Part shown: piece by piece, positions 8,608 through 17,718 of the stretch | Layout of the letters: each line of letters starts with the position of its first letter | How positions within the stretch are numbered: the first letter of the stretch is position 1 | Source: Phycisphaera mikurensis NBRC 102666 | GTDB lineage: Bacteria > Planctomycetota > Phycisphaerae > Phycisphaerales > Phycisphaeraceae | Assembly (NCBI RefSeq): GCF_000284115.1 | Contig: NC_017080.1 | Location: forward strand, 2,220,001 to 2,252,000 | Length of the DNA: 32,000 nt | Direction of reading: 5' to 3' | Position numbers and translations under genes: made by a program | Notes under the pieces: model-generated | Seen by the model: only the letters and a program-made list of their open reading frames with translations | Told to the model about the DNA's origin: nothing | Database searches by the model: none

Positions 8608-10593
8608 ATGACCTTCTCCCGACGCCATCAGCCTTATCGCGTCCTTCTCGTCGACGACAACCCCGCGATCCGCGCCGACTTCCGGCGGATCCTCCACCAC
8701 GTGCCGGACGCTCCCGCCGCGCTCGAGGCCCTCGCCGCCAGCTTCTTCGGGGACGAGCCGGCCGCCGCGGACGCCGTTGGGGCCGGGACCCCGCTGGAGA
8801 TCGACGAGGCCGCCGGGGGTGAGGCCGCCGTCGCGTTGGCGGAGGACGCCGTCGCCGCCGGAAGGCCCTACGCGCTCGCCTTCGTCGACATGCGGATGCC
8901 GCCGGGCATCGACGGCCTCGCGACCGTCGAACGGCTCCAGGCGATCGATCCGAACCTCCACACCGTCATCTGCTCGGCTTACTCCGACGCGAGCCACGAA
9001 GACATCGCCCGCCGCTTGGGCGACAGCGACCGGCTGCTCATCCTCCGCAAGCCCTTCGACGCCATCGAGGTCAGCCAGATCGCCTCCGCGCTCACCGCCA
9101 AGTGGGACGCCGCGGCGCAGGTGCGACGCCACCTCGGCGAGCTCGAGAGCCGGGTCCGCGAGCGGACCGACGCTCTCGAGAAGGCGAATCTGCAGCTGCG
9201 GGAGGCGGTGCGGCAACGCACGGAGGCCCAAGAGCAGATGCGGCACGCGGCCCTCCACGACCCGCTCACCGGGTTGCCCAACCGCGCGCTGCTGATGGAG
9301 TCTCTGGCGCGCTTCGCCGACCGCTTCCGGCCGGGGCTGGGACCGACCCACGGCGTGCTCTTCCTCGACCTCGACCGCTTCAAGGTCATCAACGACGGCC
9401 TCGGCCACGCCACCGGCGACCGCGTGCTCATCGGCGTCGCGCAGCGGCTGCGGCGGGTGGCCGAGCGGGTCGAGCGGGAGCCGGGCGTGCGGGAGGCGCT
9501 GGTCGCCCGGCTCGGCGGCGACGAGTTCGTCCTGGCGCTCGGCGGGCTCGACGCGGATGGCGCGCTCCGAGCCGCCGAGCGTGCGGCCCGCCTCGTGTCC
9601 GAAGCGCTCGCCGAGCCACTGATGCTCGGCGGCCGCGAGCTGCACGCCGAGGCCTCCATCGGCTTCGCCGTGGCCGAGGAGGACGGCGACGGCAGCGCGA
9701 GCCTGCTGCGGGACGCCGACACCGCCCTCTACCACGCCAAGGAGGCGGGCCGCGGCCGCTGGGCGGCGTTCGACCGCCCGATGCGCGAAGCCGCCGTGCA
9801 GCGGCTCGAGCTCGGCGCGGACCTCCGCCGCGCCCTCGAGGCCGGGGAGTTCTGGCTCGCCTTCCAGCCCATCGTCGACCTGCGGACCGGCCGGCTCGCC
9901 GCGGCCGAGGCGTTGCTGCGGTGGGCCCACCCCGTCCACGGCCTGGTCGGGCCCAACCGCTTCGTCCCGCTCGCCGAGGAGACCGGGCTGATCGAGCCCA
10001 TCGGCCTCTGGGTGCTCCGCGAGTCCTGCCGCCAGGCCGCCGCGTGGTCGGCCGCCTGCCCCGAGCACGCCAGCCTCGCCGTCACCGTCAACGTGTCGCC
10101 CCGGCAGGTCCTCGCCGGGAACCTGCCCGCGCTGGTCGCGGACGCTTGCCGCGACGCGGGCCTCGCCCCCGATCGCCTCAAGCTGGAGGTGACCGAGGGC
10201 ATGCTGCTCCGCGGCAACGCCCGGGTCAGCGGCGCCTTCGAACGGATCCGAGCCGCCGGAACGCGGGTGCTCATCGACGACTTCGGCACCGGCTACTCGT
10301 CGCTGTCGTACCTGCACCAGATGCCCGTCGACGGCATCAAGCTCGACGCCAGCTTCGTCCGCCAGCTCGGCGAGGACCGCTGCTTCACCAACACCGTGCA
10401 GGCGCTGATCACCCTCGCGATGAACCGGGACCTGGTCGTCGTCGCCGAGGGCATCGAGCGCGTCGACCAGCTGGTGCAGCTGCAGGCCCTCGACTGCCAG
10501 ATGGGGCAGGGCTACCACTTCGGCCGGCCGGTGGCGGCCGGCGAGTTCGGCAAGCTGCTGCTCGGCGGGGCGAACTGGAAGGAGGCCGCTTGA
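8608..10593 (+). CDS. Response regulator with REC + GGDEF + EAL domains (c-di-GMP turnover)
   Basis: LLVDDNPAIR, FVDMRMPPG, LRKPF (REC); VARLGGDEFVLAL (GGDEF); AEALLRWAHP, DDFGTGYSSLSYLHQMPVDGIKLD (EAL). Start ATG 8608 or 8572. Confidence 0.93.
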   Translation: MTFSRRHQPYRVLLVDDNPAIRADFRRILHHVPDAPAALEALAASFFGDEPAAADAVGAGTPLEIDEAAGGEAAVALAEDAVAAGRPYALAFVDMRMPPGIDGLATVERLQAIDPNLHTVICSAYSDASHEDIARRLGDSDRLLILRKPFDAIEVSQIASALTAKWDAAAQVRRHLGELESRVRERTDALEKANLQLREAVRQRTEAQEQMRHAALHDPLTGLPNRALLMESLARFADRFRPGLGPTHGVLFLDLDRFKVINDGLGHATGDRVLIGVAQRLRRVAERVEREPGVREALVARLGGDEFVLALGGLDADGALRAAERAARLVSEALAEPLMLGGRELHAEASIGFAVAEEDGDGSASLLRDADTALYHAKEAGRGRWAAFDRPMREAAVQRLELGADLRRALEAGEFWLAFQPIVDLRTGRLAAAEALLRWAHPVHGLVGPNRFVPLAEETGLIEPIGLWVLRESCRQAAAWSAACPEHASLAVTVNVSPRQVLAGNLPALVADACRDAGLAPDRLKLEVTEGMLLRGNARVSGAFERIRAAGTRVLIDDFGTGYSSLSYLHQMPVDGIKLDASFVRQLGEDRCFTNTVQALITLAMNRDLVVVAEGIERVDQLVQLQALDCQMGQGYHFGRPVAAGEFGKLLLGGANWKEAA

Positions 10594-11894
10594 GCGACTG
10601 CCCCGCCGCTTCGTTGCCCAAGCTCGACCCCGAAGCCGCGCGGCAGCGGGACCAGGTGCTGCGCACCGTGCTCGAGTCGATCCCGCACTGCGTCTTCTGG
10701 AAGGACCGCGACTGCCTCTACCTGGGCAGCAACTCGGGCTTCGCCCGGCTCGCCGGCTTCGACGACGCCGCCGACCTCATCGGCCAGGACGATTACGACC
10801 TGCCCTGGACCCGCACGGAGACCGACTTCTTCCGCAAGTGCGACCTCGACGTCATGGCCCGCGGCGAGGCCATCCTCAACGTCGAAGAGCCGCAGAAGAA
10901 TGCGCTGGGCGAGGAAACCTGGTTGCTGACCAGCAAGGTCCCGCTCCGCGACGAGGCGGGCCGCGTCTTCGGCATCCTGGGGATGTTCGTCGACATCACC
11001 GACCGCAAGCGTGCCGAGCTCGAGCGTGACGAAGCCCAGGCGAAGCTGGTCGTCGCCTCACGCGAAGCCGGCAAGAGCGAGATCGCCACCGGGGTGCTGC
11101 ACAACGTCGGCAACGCCATCAACTCCATCGGCGTCGGCGTCGACCTGCTCCGCGAGAGACTCGGGGCCGGTCCGGTGGCGCTGGCCGAGCGTCTCGCCGC
11201 GTCGCTCCGCCCGCACCGCGCCGACTTCCCCGCCTTCGCCGCCGCCGACCCGCGCGCCGCCGCTCTGCCCGACCTGGTGATCGGCCTCTCCGAAGCGATG
11301 CGGCGCGAGCACGACCGCCTGCGCGACGAGCTGGCGCAGCTCACCGAGCAGGTCGCGCACGTGAAGGACGTCATCAGCAGCCAGCAGGCCTTCGCACGCC
11401 CCCGCACCGCTCGCGAGCCCGCACCCGCCGCCGCCCTGGCCGAGGAGGCCGCGCGGATGGCCACCGCCTGCATCGGTCCCGGCGGCGCGGCGGTCCGCGT
11501 GCGGACGGCCGCCGACGCCCCCGTCGTCACGACCGACCGGAGCCTCGTCCTGCAGGTCCTCGTCAACCTCCTCCACAACGCGCTCCAGGCCGTGCCCGCG
11601 GATCAAGAAGACGGCTCCGTGGAGATCCGCGTCGCGCAGGACGCGACCGCCGGCACCCTCGCCTTCGTGGTCGAGGACAACGGCCGCGGCATCGACGCCC
11701 GAGCGATCGGCCGCCTCTTCGAGCACGGCTACACCACCCGCGCCGACGGCCACGGCTTCGGCCTCCACACCGCCGCGCTCTCGGCCGGCGTCCTCGGCGG
11801 CCGGCTGGAAGCGGCGAGCGACGGCCCCGGCCGGGGCGCTCGCTTCACCCTGACGCTGCCGATGGACCAAGCGGCGGTCCACCCGGCGGCCTGA
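10590..11894 (+). CDS. PAS-domain sensor histidine kinase
   Basis: PAS-like LESIPHCVFWKDRDCLYLGSN; H-box GVLHNVGNAINSIGVGVDLL; HATPase LVNLLHNALQAV, VEDNGRGI, HGFGLH. TTG start overlaps the upstream TGA. Confidence 0.9.
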   Translation: MSDCPAASLPKLDPEAARQRDQVLRTVLESIPHCVFWKDRDCLYLGSNSGFARLAGFDDAADLIGQDDYDLPWTRTETDFFRKCDLDVMARGEAILNVEEPQKNALGEETWLLTSKVPLRDEAGRVFGILGMFVDITDRKRAELERDEAQAKLVVASREAGKSEIATGVLHNVGNAINSIGVGVDLLRERLGAGPVALAERLAASLRPHRADFPAFAAADPRAAALPDLVIGLSEAMRREHDRLRDELAQLTEQVAHVKDVISSQQAFARPRTAREPAPAAALAEEAARMATACIGPGGAAVRVRTAADAPVVTTDRSLVLQVLVNLLHNALQAVPADQEDGSVEIRVAQDATAGTLAFVVEDNGRGIDARAIGRLFEHGYTTRADGHGFGLHTAALSAGVLGGRLEAASDGPGRGARFTLTLPMDQAAVHPAA

Positions 11895-11947
11895 GGCTCC
11901 GGGCCGCGGGTCCAGACGCTGCGGGATCCCGCCGGAGAGCCGCGGCC

Positions 11948-13054
11948 TCAGGCCAGCGGGTGCACCCGCCCGTAGGCCCGCCGGGGGACGCGGGTGCCGG
12001 CGGTGGCGAGGCCACGCACGTTGCCGCCGCGGAGGAAGTCGTGCGGGAAGCCCAGCTCGATCGGCGCGAGCCGCTGGATCTCGGCCTGCTCGTCCTCGGA
12101 AAGGTCGAAGCCGAGCGCGCCCAGCGAGCCCTCCAGGTGATCCGGCGTCCGCGGGCCGACGATGACCGAGGGCACGGCCGGCCGGGACAGCAGCCAGTTC
12201 TGAGCGACCTGCGCGACGGTCTTGCCGTGGGCGTCGCCGATCTTCTGCAGGCCCTCCACCAGCTCGACGCGCTGCTCGTCCCACTTCATGTCGCGCTTGC
12301 CGACGCCCTTCTTCTCGCCGGCCTCGATCTTCTGGAGGTCCTCGCGGCCGTACTTGCCGCTGAGCACGCCGCCCTTCAGCGGCGACCACGGCAGCAGGCC
12401 CAGGCCCATCTCCAGCGCCATCGGCGCGATCTCCCGCTCCACGTCGCGGGTGATCAGCGAGTACTCGACCTGCGTGGCGACCGGCCGCGTGAGCGCGTGG
12501 TGCCGCGCGTAGCAGACCAGCTCGCACAGCTTCCACGCCGGCGTGTCGCTGATCGCGACGTAGCCGATCTTGCCGGCCTTCACCAGGTCGTCGAAGGCCC
12601 GGACCAGCTCGTCGGTGGGCGTGGTGAAGTCCCACATGTGCAGCCAGTACAGGTCGATGTGGTCGGTTTTGAGCCGCTTCAGCGAGGCCTCCACCGCGCG
12701 GTGCATCGAGAGCCGCGAGTTGCCCGCCGCCATCGGCTGCCCGTCGGCCCGCTTGATCGTGTACTTCGTCGCGAGCACGAAGCGATCGCGCTCGCTGGCG
12801 ATGAACTCTCCGACGAAGGACTCGCTGGAACCGTTGGTGTAGAAGTCCGCCGTGTCCAGGAAGTTCCCGCCGGCTTCGGCGTAGGCGTCGAAGACCTTCT
12901 TCGACGTCTCTTTGTCGGCCCCGGTCCCCCAGTCTTCCCCGAAGTTCATCGTCCCCAGGCACAGCGGGCTCACCCGCAGGCCCGAGTCTCCGAGCAGCTG
13001 GTAGTCGTCCAGGGAGGAGGGAACGTTCTTCGACAGCGGGGCGTTCTCGGGCAT
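11948..13054 (-). CDS. Aldo/keto reductase
   Basis: LCLGTMNFG, AGGNFLDTADFYTNGSSE, FVLATKY, HIDLYWLHMWD. Confidence 0.93.
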   Translation of the reverse strand: MPENAPLSKNVPSSLDDYQLLGDSGLRVSPLCLGTMNFGEDWGTGADKETSKKVFDAYAEAGGNFLDTADFYTNGSSESFVGEFIASERDRFVLATKYTIKRADGQPMAAGNSRLSMHRAVEASLKRLKTDHIDLYWLHMWDFTTPTDELVRAFDDLVKAGKIGYVAISDTPAWKLCELVCYARHHALTRPVATQVEYSLITRDVEREIAPMALEMGLGLLPWSPLKGGVLSGKYGREDLQKIEAGEKKGVGKRDMKWDEQRVELVEGLQKIGDAHGKTVAQVAQNWLLSRPAVPSVIVGPRTPDHLEGSLGALGFDLSEDEQAEIQRLAPIELGFPHDFLRGGNVRGLATAGTRVPRRAYGRVHPLA

Positions 13055-13100
13055 GCGACGACGCTAGGGGCGCTCGGGGGGTTCCGCCGAACGAGCGCTC

Positions 13101-13313
13101 CGCTCCATCGCGAACGAGGGCGCGGGAGGCACGGAGGCCGCGAGCGCGAACAAGAGCGAAGCCAGAGCCATTGGGAGCGAGCCGTCGCCGCGGACCGCAG
13201 GCTCATGGGCCCGGAACAGCCGCCGGTCCGCGGATCCGAAGGGAGCGTCGCCTCCTCGCTCCGCCGGTTCTCTCGCGCGGCCTTCGCGTCTTGTCTTGCT
13301 TCGCGATGGAGCG
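13101..13313. repeat. Noncoding segment bounded by 14-nt inverted repeats
   Basis: CGCTCCATCGCGAA (13101-13114) and its exact reverse complement TTCGCGATGGAGCG (13300-13313) in the gap between two genes. Confidence 0.5.
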
Positions 13314-13333
13314 AAGCCACCGCCCGCACACGC

Positions 13334-15313
13334 TCAGAGCTCCAGCATCCCCAGCGCCTCACGCACGACGTCGTCGACGGAGAGGCCGACGTACGCGAGG
13401 ATGTCGTCGGCGTCGGCGCCGCTCTTGGGCAGCCGCTCGACGTGCATCTGCTTGACGGTGAAGCCGTCGCCGGTGGCGGCCAGCGCGTCGGCGACGGCGG
13501 AGCCCATGCCGCCGCCGTAGTTGTCCTCCAGCGTCAGCACCCGGCCGTCGTGGTCGTTGGCGAGGTCGGCGAGCGCCTCCTCGTCGAAGGGCAGGCTGTA
13601 GAGGTCGACGATCGTGGCGTCGACGCCCTGCGCATCCAGCGCCTCGAGCGCGGCGTTGGCCTGGTGGACCATGTAACCCTGCGCGACGATCAGCAGGTCG
13701 CGGCCCTGGTTGAGCACCTCGTGGCCGCCGAGGGTGAAGGTCGTGCCGGGGCCGTAGAGGAACTCGGTCTCGGGCCGCATCGTCCGGAGGTAAACGCTGC
13801 CGGGGTGGTCGGCCATCGCGGCGACCAGGCCGTGGGTGGCCCACGCGTCCGCGGGCGTGCAGACGTAGAAACCCGGGTGGCCGCGGTGGTCTCTCATCGT
13901 CCCGAAGCTGCGGAACCAGGCGACGTCGGGCAGGGCCATCTGCGAGGGGCCGTCGGGCCCGAGCGTGCAGCCGGCGTGGCTGCCGACCAGCCGCAGCGGC
14001 TGGCCCGAGAGCACCGCCATCTCGACCTGGTCGTAGGCCCGGGTGAGGAACTTGCCGAAGGTGGAGACCACCGGCAGCTTGCCGCCGGCGGCCATCCCCA
14101 GCGCTGCCGAGACCATGTTCTGCTCGGCGATGCGGCACTCGATGAAGCGGCCAGTGAGCTCCGGGTCCTTCTTGAAGGAGGCCGAGCCGGTGGAGCCCGA
14201 GACGTCGGCGTCGAGCGCGGCGACGTCGCCGCGGGCGTGCCCCAGGGCCCGCAGCGAGATGCCGTAGGCCTTGCGCGTGGCGAGCACGCCCTTCGCGAGC
14301 ACCTCCTCCTGGCCGAAGCTCCTGCAGGCCTCGTCGAAGGCGGGCATCTGCTCCCGCTTCACCGGGCCGGGCTTCTCGGGGGGGAGCAGGTCGCGCTGCA
14401 GCTTCACGTCCGCGGTGGCACCGAGCTGCTTGTGCTTCGCGTCGAGCTCGGCGAGCGCGGCCTCCAACGCCTCGCCGGTCGGGGCCGTGCCGTGGTGGCC
14501 GTTGCCGTGCTGGCTCTGGGCACCCCAGCCTTTGACGGTGCGGGCGACCAGGGCGACGGGCGCGGCGTCGGGGTTGTGCTGGGCCTGGGCGTGGGCGGAG
14601 AAGGCCCCGGCGACGGCCTCGGGCGCGTGGCCGTCGACGTCGCGGACGTCGAAGCCGGCGGCCTCGAGCTTCGCCACCAGCACGTCGGCGGATTGCTGCA
14701 CCGAAACGGCCTCGCTCTGCGCAAACCGGTTCGCGTTGAAGACCGGGCAGACGGCCTTGAGCCCGTGGTCGATCAGGAAGTCGACCGCCTCCCACACCTG
14801 GCCCTCGCGGCTCTCGCCGTCGCCGATGAGGCAGTAAATGCGCTTGCCGAGGCCGTCCATCCGCGCCGCGAGCGCCAAGCCGGCGGCGACGGAGAGGCCC
14901 TGGCCCAGCGACCCGGTCGCGGCGTCGAAGAAGGGAAAGCCCAGCGCCGGGTTGGGGTGGCCGTCCACCGGCGAGTCGATCGCGCGCAGCGTGCGTGCCA
15001 GCTCGTGGGTCATCGGCTTGAGCGTGCCCTCGGCGTCGTCGGGCCCGTCGAATCTGCGGTAGGCGATGCCCAGGTCGGCCATGGCCGCGTACAGCACCGG
15101 CACCGCGTGTCCCTCGGAAAGCACGAGCCGATCGCTCGCGGGGTGGCCGGGGTTCATCGGCTCAAAACGCATCTGCTGGTAGAGCAGCACCGACACCAGG
15201 TGCGCCAGCGACGCTCCGGAGCTGGGGTGGCCCGATCCCGCGGCGCCGGTGATCTCGTAGGTCAGCTTGGTGAGCTGGATGGCCTTGTCGTGGATCGTGC
15301 TGTCGAAGCTCAT
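13334..15313 (-). CDS. tkt: Transketolase
   Basis: TYEITGAAGSGHPSSGASLAHLVSVLL, GSLGQGLSVAAGLALAARMDG, CLIGDGESREGQVWEA, C-terminal Pyr and TK-C domains; ATG at 15313. Confidence 0.93.
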   Translation of the reverse strand: MSFDSTIHDKAIQLTKLTYEITGAAGSGHPSSGASLAHLVSVLLYQQMRFEPMNPGHPASDRLVLSEGHAVPVLYAAMADLGIAYRRFDGPDDAEGTLKPMTHELARTLRAIDSPVDGHPNPALGFPFFDAATGSLGQGLSVAAGLALAARMDGLGKRIYCLIGDGESREGQVWEAVDFLIDHGLKAVCPVFNANRFAQSEAVSVQQSADVLVAKLEAAGFDVRDVDGHAPEAVAGAFSAHAQAQHNPDAAPVALVARTVKGWGAQSQHGNGHHGTAPTGEALEAALAELDAKHKQLGATADVKLQRDLLPPEKPGPVKREQMPAFDEACRSFGQEEVLAKGVLATRKAYGISLRALGHARGDVAALDADVSGSTGSASFKKDPELTGRFIECRIAEQNMVSAALGMAAGGKLPVVSTFGKFLTRAYDQVEMAVLSGQPLRLVGSHAGCTLGPDGPSQMALPDVAWFRSFGTMRDHRGHPGFYVCTPADAWATHGLVAAMADHPGSVYLRTMRPETEFLYGPGTTFTLGGHEVLNQGRDLLIVAQGYMVHQANAALEALDAQGVDATIVDLYSLPFDEEALADLANDHDGRVLTLEDNYGGGMGSAVADALAATGDGFTVKQMHVERLPKSGADADDILAYVGLSVDDVVREALGMLEL

Positions 15314-15470
15314 AGCGCGGGAGGGTAGTGCCGCGGGAGAAGCGGTCTTTTTCGACGGGAAGTGGGCACGCTCCGCGTGTCGAGTGCTTGTGCCCCGCAA
15401 CGCTCCGCGCGTCGGAACGCTCGGCACACGGCAGGAGGTCGCGGGTCGGCCGGATCGCCCAGGGCCCGTT

Positions 15471-16406
15471 TCAGCCGGCGTCGTGCGTCGGGAAGTGCCG
15501 GCCCCAGAGCGGCTGCAGCCGCTGGACCTCCGCCGGGTCGATGTCGGCCTTCTGCGTCCAGATCGCGTGATCGAGCGCGCGGTGGGCGGGGCTGGCCTCG
15601 CGTCGCAGCCGGCCGGTGTGCCGCAACGCCTCGCGGACCAGCGACAGCGAGGAGGCCACCGCCACCTGCAGGTTCCCGAGGATCTCCTCCAGCAGCGACT
15701 CGCTCGCGGCCTCGCCGGGCTTCCACGAGTCGTAGTCGGTGGGCATGGCGAGGCTCGCGTAGGCCATCTCCGCCTCCCGCGCGAGCCGTGCCTCCGGGAG
15801 GCCGGTCATGCCGATCACGTCGCCGCCCCACTGGCGGTACATCCGCGATTCGGCCCGCGTCGAGAACGACGGCCCCTCCATCACCATCATCGTCCCCTGC
15901 CGGTGGACGCGGCGTTGGTCGCTCTGCTCGTTGGCGCCGCCCCCGCTCAGGCGGTCGGCGGCTTCGATGAGCCAGCGACGCATCACGGGGCAGAAGGGCT
16001 CGGCGAACTCGACGTGCACCGCGGCGGCATCGAAGAAGGTGCGCGGCCGCCCGAGCGTGCGGTCGATGAGCTGGTCGAGGATCATCAGCTCCCCGGGTTG
16101 CACGTCCTCACGCAGGGAGCCGACGGCCGCGGAGGCGAGCACGTGCGTCACCCCGAGCTGCTTGAGCGCGCAGACGTTCGCCCGGTACGGCACCGCCGAG
16201 GGGTTGAACGCGTGCCGCGGCCCGTGCCGCTGCAGGACGAAGACGTCGGTGCCCTCCCAGCGGGTCTTCACGATCGGCGAGGCCGGCGGCCCGAAGGGAG
16301 TCTCCACGGTGATCGCCTCGCCGCCCTCTTCGGCGAGGGCTTCGCCCATGCCCGAGCCCGCGATCACGCCCACCTTCACCTCGTCCACGACGTCGCCATC
16401 GGCCAT
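15471..16406 (-). CDS. mtnP: S-methyl-5'-thioadenosine phosphorylase / purine nucleoside phosphorylase family
   Basis: VGVIAGSGMGEAL, LQRHGPRHAFNPSAVPYRANVCALKQLGV, EGPSFSTRAESRMYRQWGGDVIGMTGLPEARLAREAEMAYASLAMPTDYD. Confidence 0.9.
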   Translation of the reverse strand: MADGDVVDEVKVGVIAGSGMGEALAEEGGEAITVETPFGPPASPIVKTRWEGTDVFVLQRHGPRHAFNPSAVPYRANVCALKQLGVTHVLASAAVGSLREDVQPGELMILDQLIDRTLGRPRTFFDAAAVHVEFAEPFCPVMRRWLIEAADRLSGGGANEQSDQRRVHRQGTMMVMEGPSFSTRAESRMYRQWGGDVIGMTGLPEARLAREAEMAYASLAMPTDYDSWKPGEAASESLLEEILGNLQVAVASSLSLVREALRHTGRLRREASPAHRALDHAIWTQKADIDPAEVQRLQPLWGRHFPTHDAG

Positions 16407-16482
16407 GGCGGCACCCTACCGGAGCCGCCGGGCCCCGCGTCGGCCTCCGCGGCCCGCGGCTTTGTGCGATACTGCGTACGCC

Positions 16483-17484
16483 ATGAGAACCCGCCTCCAC
16501 GCCCTCCCCCTGCTCGCCGCTCTCGCCCTCCCGGCCGTCACGTCCGCCGCGGCGGAGGGCGCGGCCGACCCCGTCGAGCCCGTGTGGACCGTCGGCTTGA
16601 ACATGCGTCGGGCGATGGCGAGCCCGCTCGCCTCGAGCCTCCGCCTGGGCATGGCGGCCAACGGCGACGAAGCCCAGATCGACGAGCTCAACGAGACCCT
16701 GGGGCTGGACCTCGCCGAGGACGTGGGCTCGATCGTGCTCTTCGGCGACGACTTCGAGAGCGGCGTGTTCTCGATGGTCGCCGAGCTCGGCGAGAGCGCC
16801 GGCAACCTCGAGGGCATGATGCTCGCGATGCCGGGGTACCGAAGCGACGAGCTGCCCGGCGGTGGCCTGCTCCACCACTTCACGGTCAACGAGGGCGCCG
16901 GCGCCGACGAGATGCCCGTCTGGGCCGCCGTGCCCGAGACCGCGGAGGGCTACCGCTTCGTCGCCTCGACCGACGAGCAGAACCTGCGCCGGCTGGCCGG
17001 CGAGGCGAGCTTCGAGAAGCGGCTGGCGCCGGGCCGGCTCGACGGCGACCGCATCCTCTCGGCCCGCATCGCGAAGGTGCCCGAGGACGCCGTGCCCGAG
17101 GACACCTTCGGGGCCGCCGCGATCAAGTCGATCACCTCGTTCCAGATGGACGTCACCAGCGGCGAGTCGCTCGCGCTGGACATCAACCTGCAGACGCCCG
17201 ACCCGACGCGGGCGAAGCAGCTCCAGCAGTTCCTGCAGAGCATGGCCGGCATGGGCCAGATGATGCTCGGCAGCCAGCCCGACAGCGCCGAGATCGCCGC
17301 CATGCTCGCGGGCATCGCGATCCAGCCGCAGCCGCCCGCCGAGGACGGCTCGACCGTGGTGAACGTCAACCTCGGCGTGGAGCAGGACGTGGTCGACCGC
17401 TGGATGGTCGAGAACGCCTCGAAGATGCCGACCGGGCAGGGCGTCGCGGGATCCGACGCCGGCGTCGTCACGCCCGCCCGCTGA
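16483..17484 (+). CDS. Hypothetical secreted protein
   Basis: ATG at 16483 with Sec-type signal peptide MRTRLHALPLLAALALPAVTSAAA; no family recognised. Confidence 0.75.
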   Translation: MRTRLHALPLLAALALPAVTSAAAEGAADPVEPVWTVGLNMRRAMASPLASSLRLGMAANGDEAQIDELNETLGLDLAEDVGSIVLFGDDFESGVFSMVAELGESAGNLEGMMLAMPGYRSDELPGGGLLHHFTVNEGAGADEMPVWAAVPETAEGYRFVASTDEQNLRRLAGEASFEKRLAPGRLDGDRILSARIAKVPEDAVPEDTFGAAAIKSITSFQMDVTSGESLALDINLQTPDPTRAKQLQQFLQSMAGMGQMMLGSQPDSAEIAAMLAGIAIQPQPPAEDGSTVVNVNLGVEQDVVDRWMVENASKMPTGQGVAGSDAGVVTPAR

Positions 17485-17718
17485 TCCACGAGGCAGAGCG
17501 CGATCGGAGCGGGAACGAGCAGGCCAGCGGACGCCGCGTCCGGCAGCCGCGGCGCCGCCGCCCTCGCTCGGCTCCGAAGCCTGCTGCCTGCCCGTCCGTT
17601 GCCCCCTCCCGCTTCCCCGCCCGCCCGCCGCGGAGCGGCGCGTACGGCCCCGCCCCCGCCGCACGCAACTCCTAAACTCGCCCTCCCCCCGGCCCCCCGC
17701 GTGCCGAAGGAACCCACC

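Noticed and set aside
7300-10518. Upstream part of the 1570-aa minus-strand ORF 5806..10518
   Set aside because: Antisense to galE and the GGDEF/EAL gene, both with clear motifs; only the C-terminal part below about 7221 looks like a real membrane protein.
17528-17542. CGGACG-CCG-CGTCCG hairpin after the 16483-17484 gene as a notable element
   Set aside because: A short GC stem is expected by chance in this background and has no T-tract; too weak to report as a terminator.
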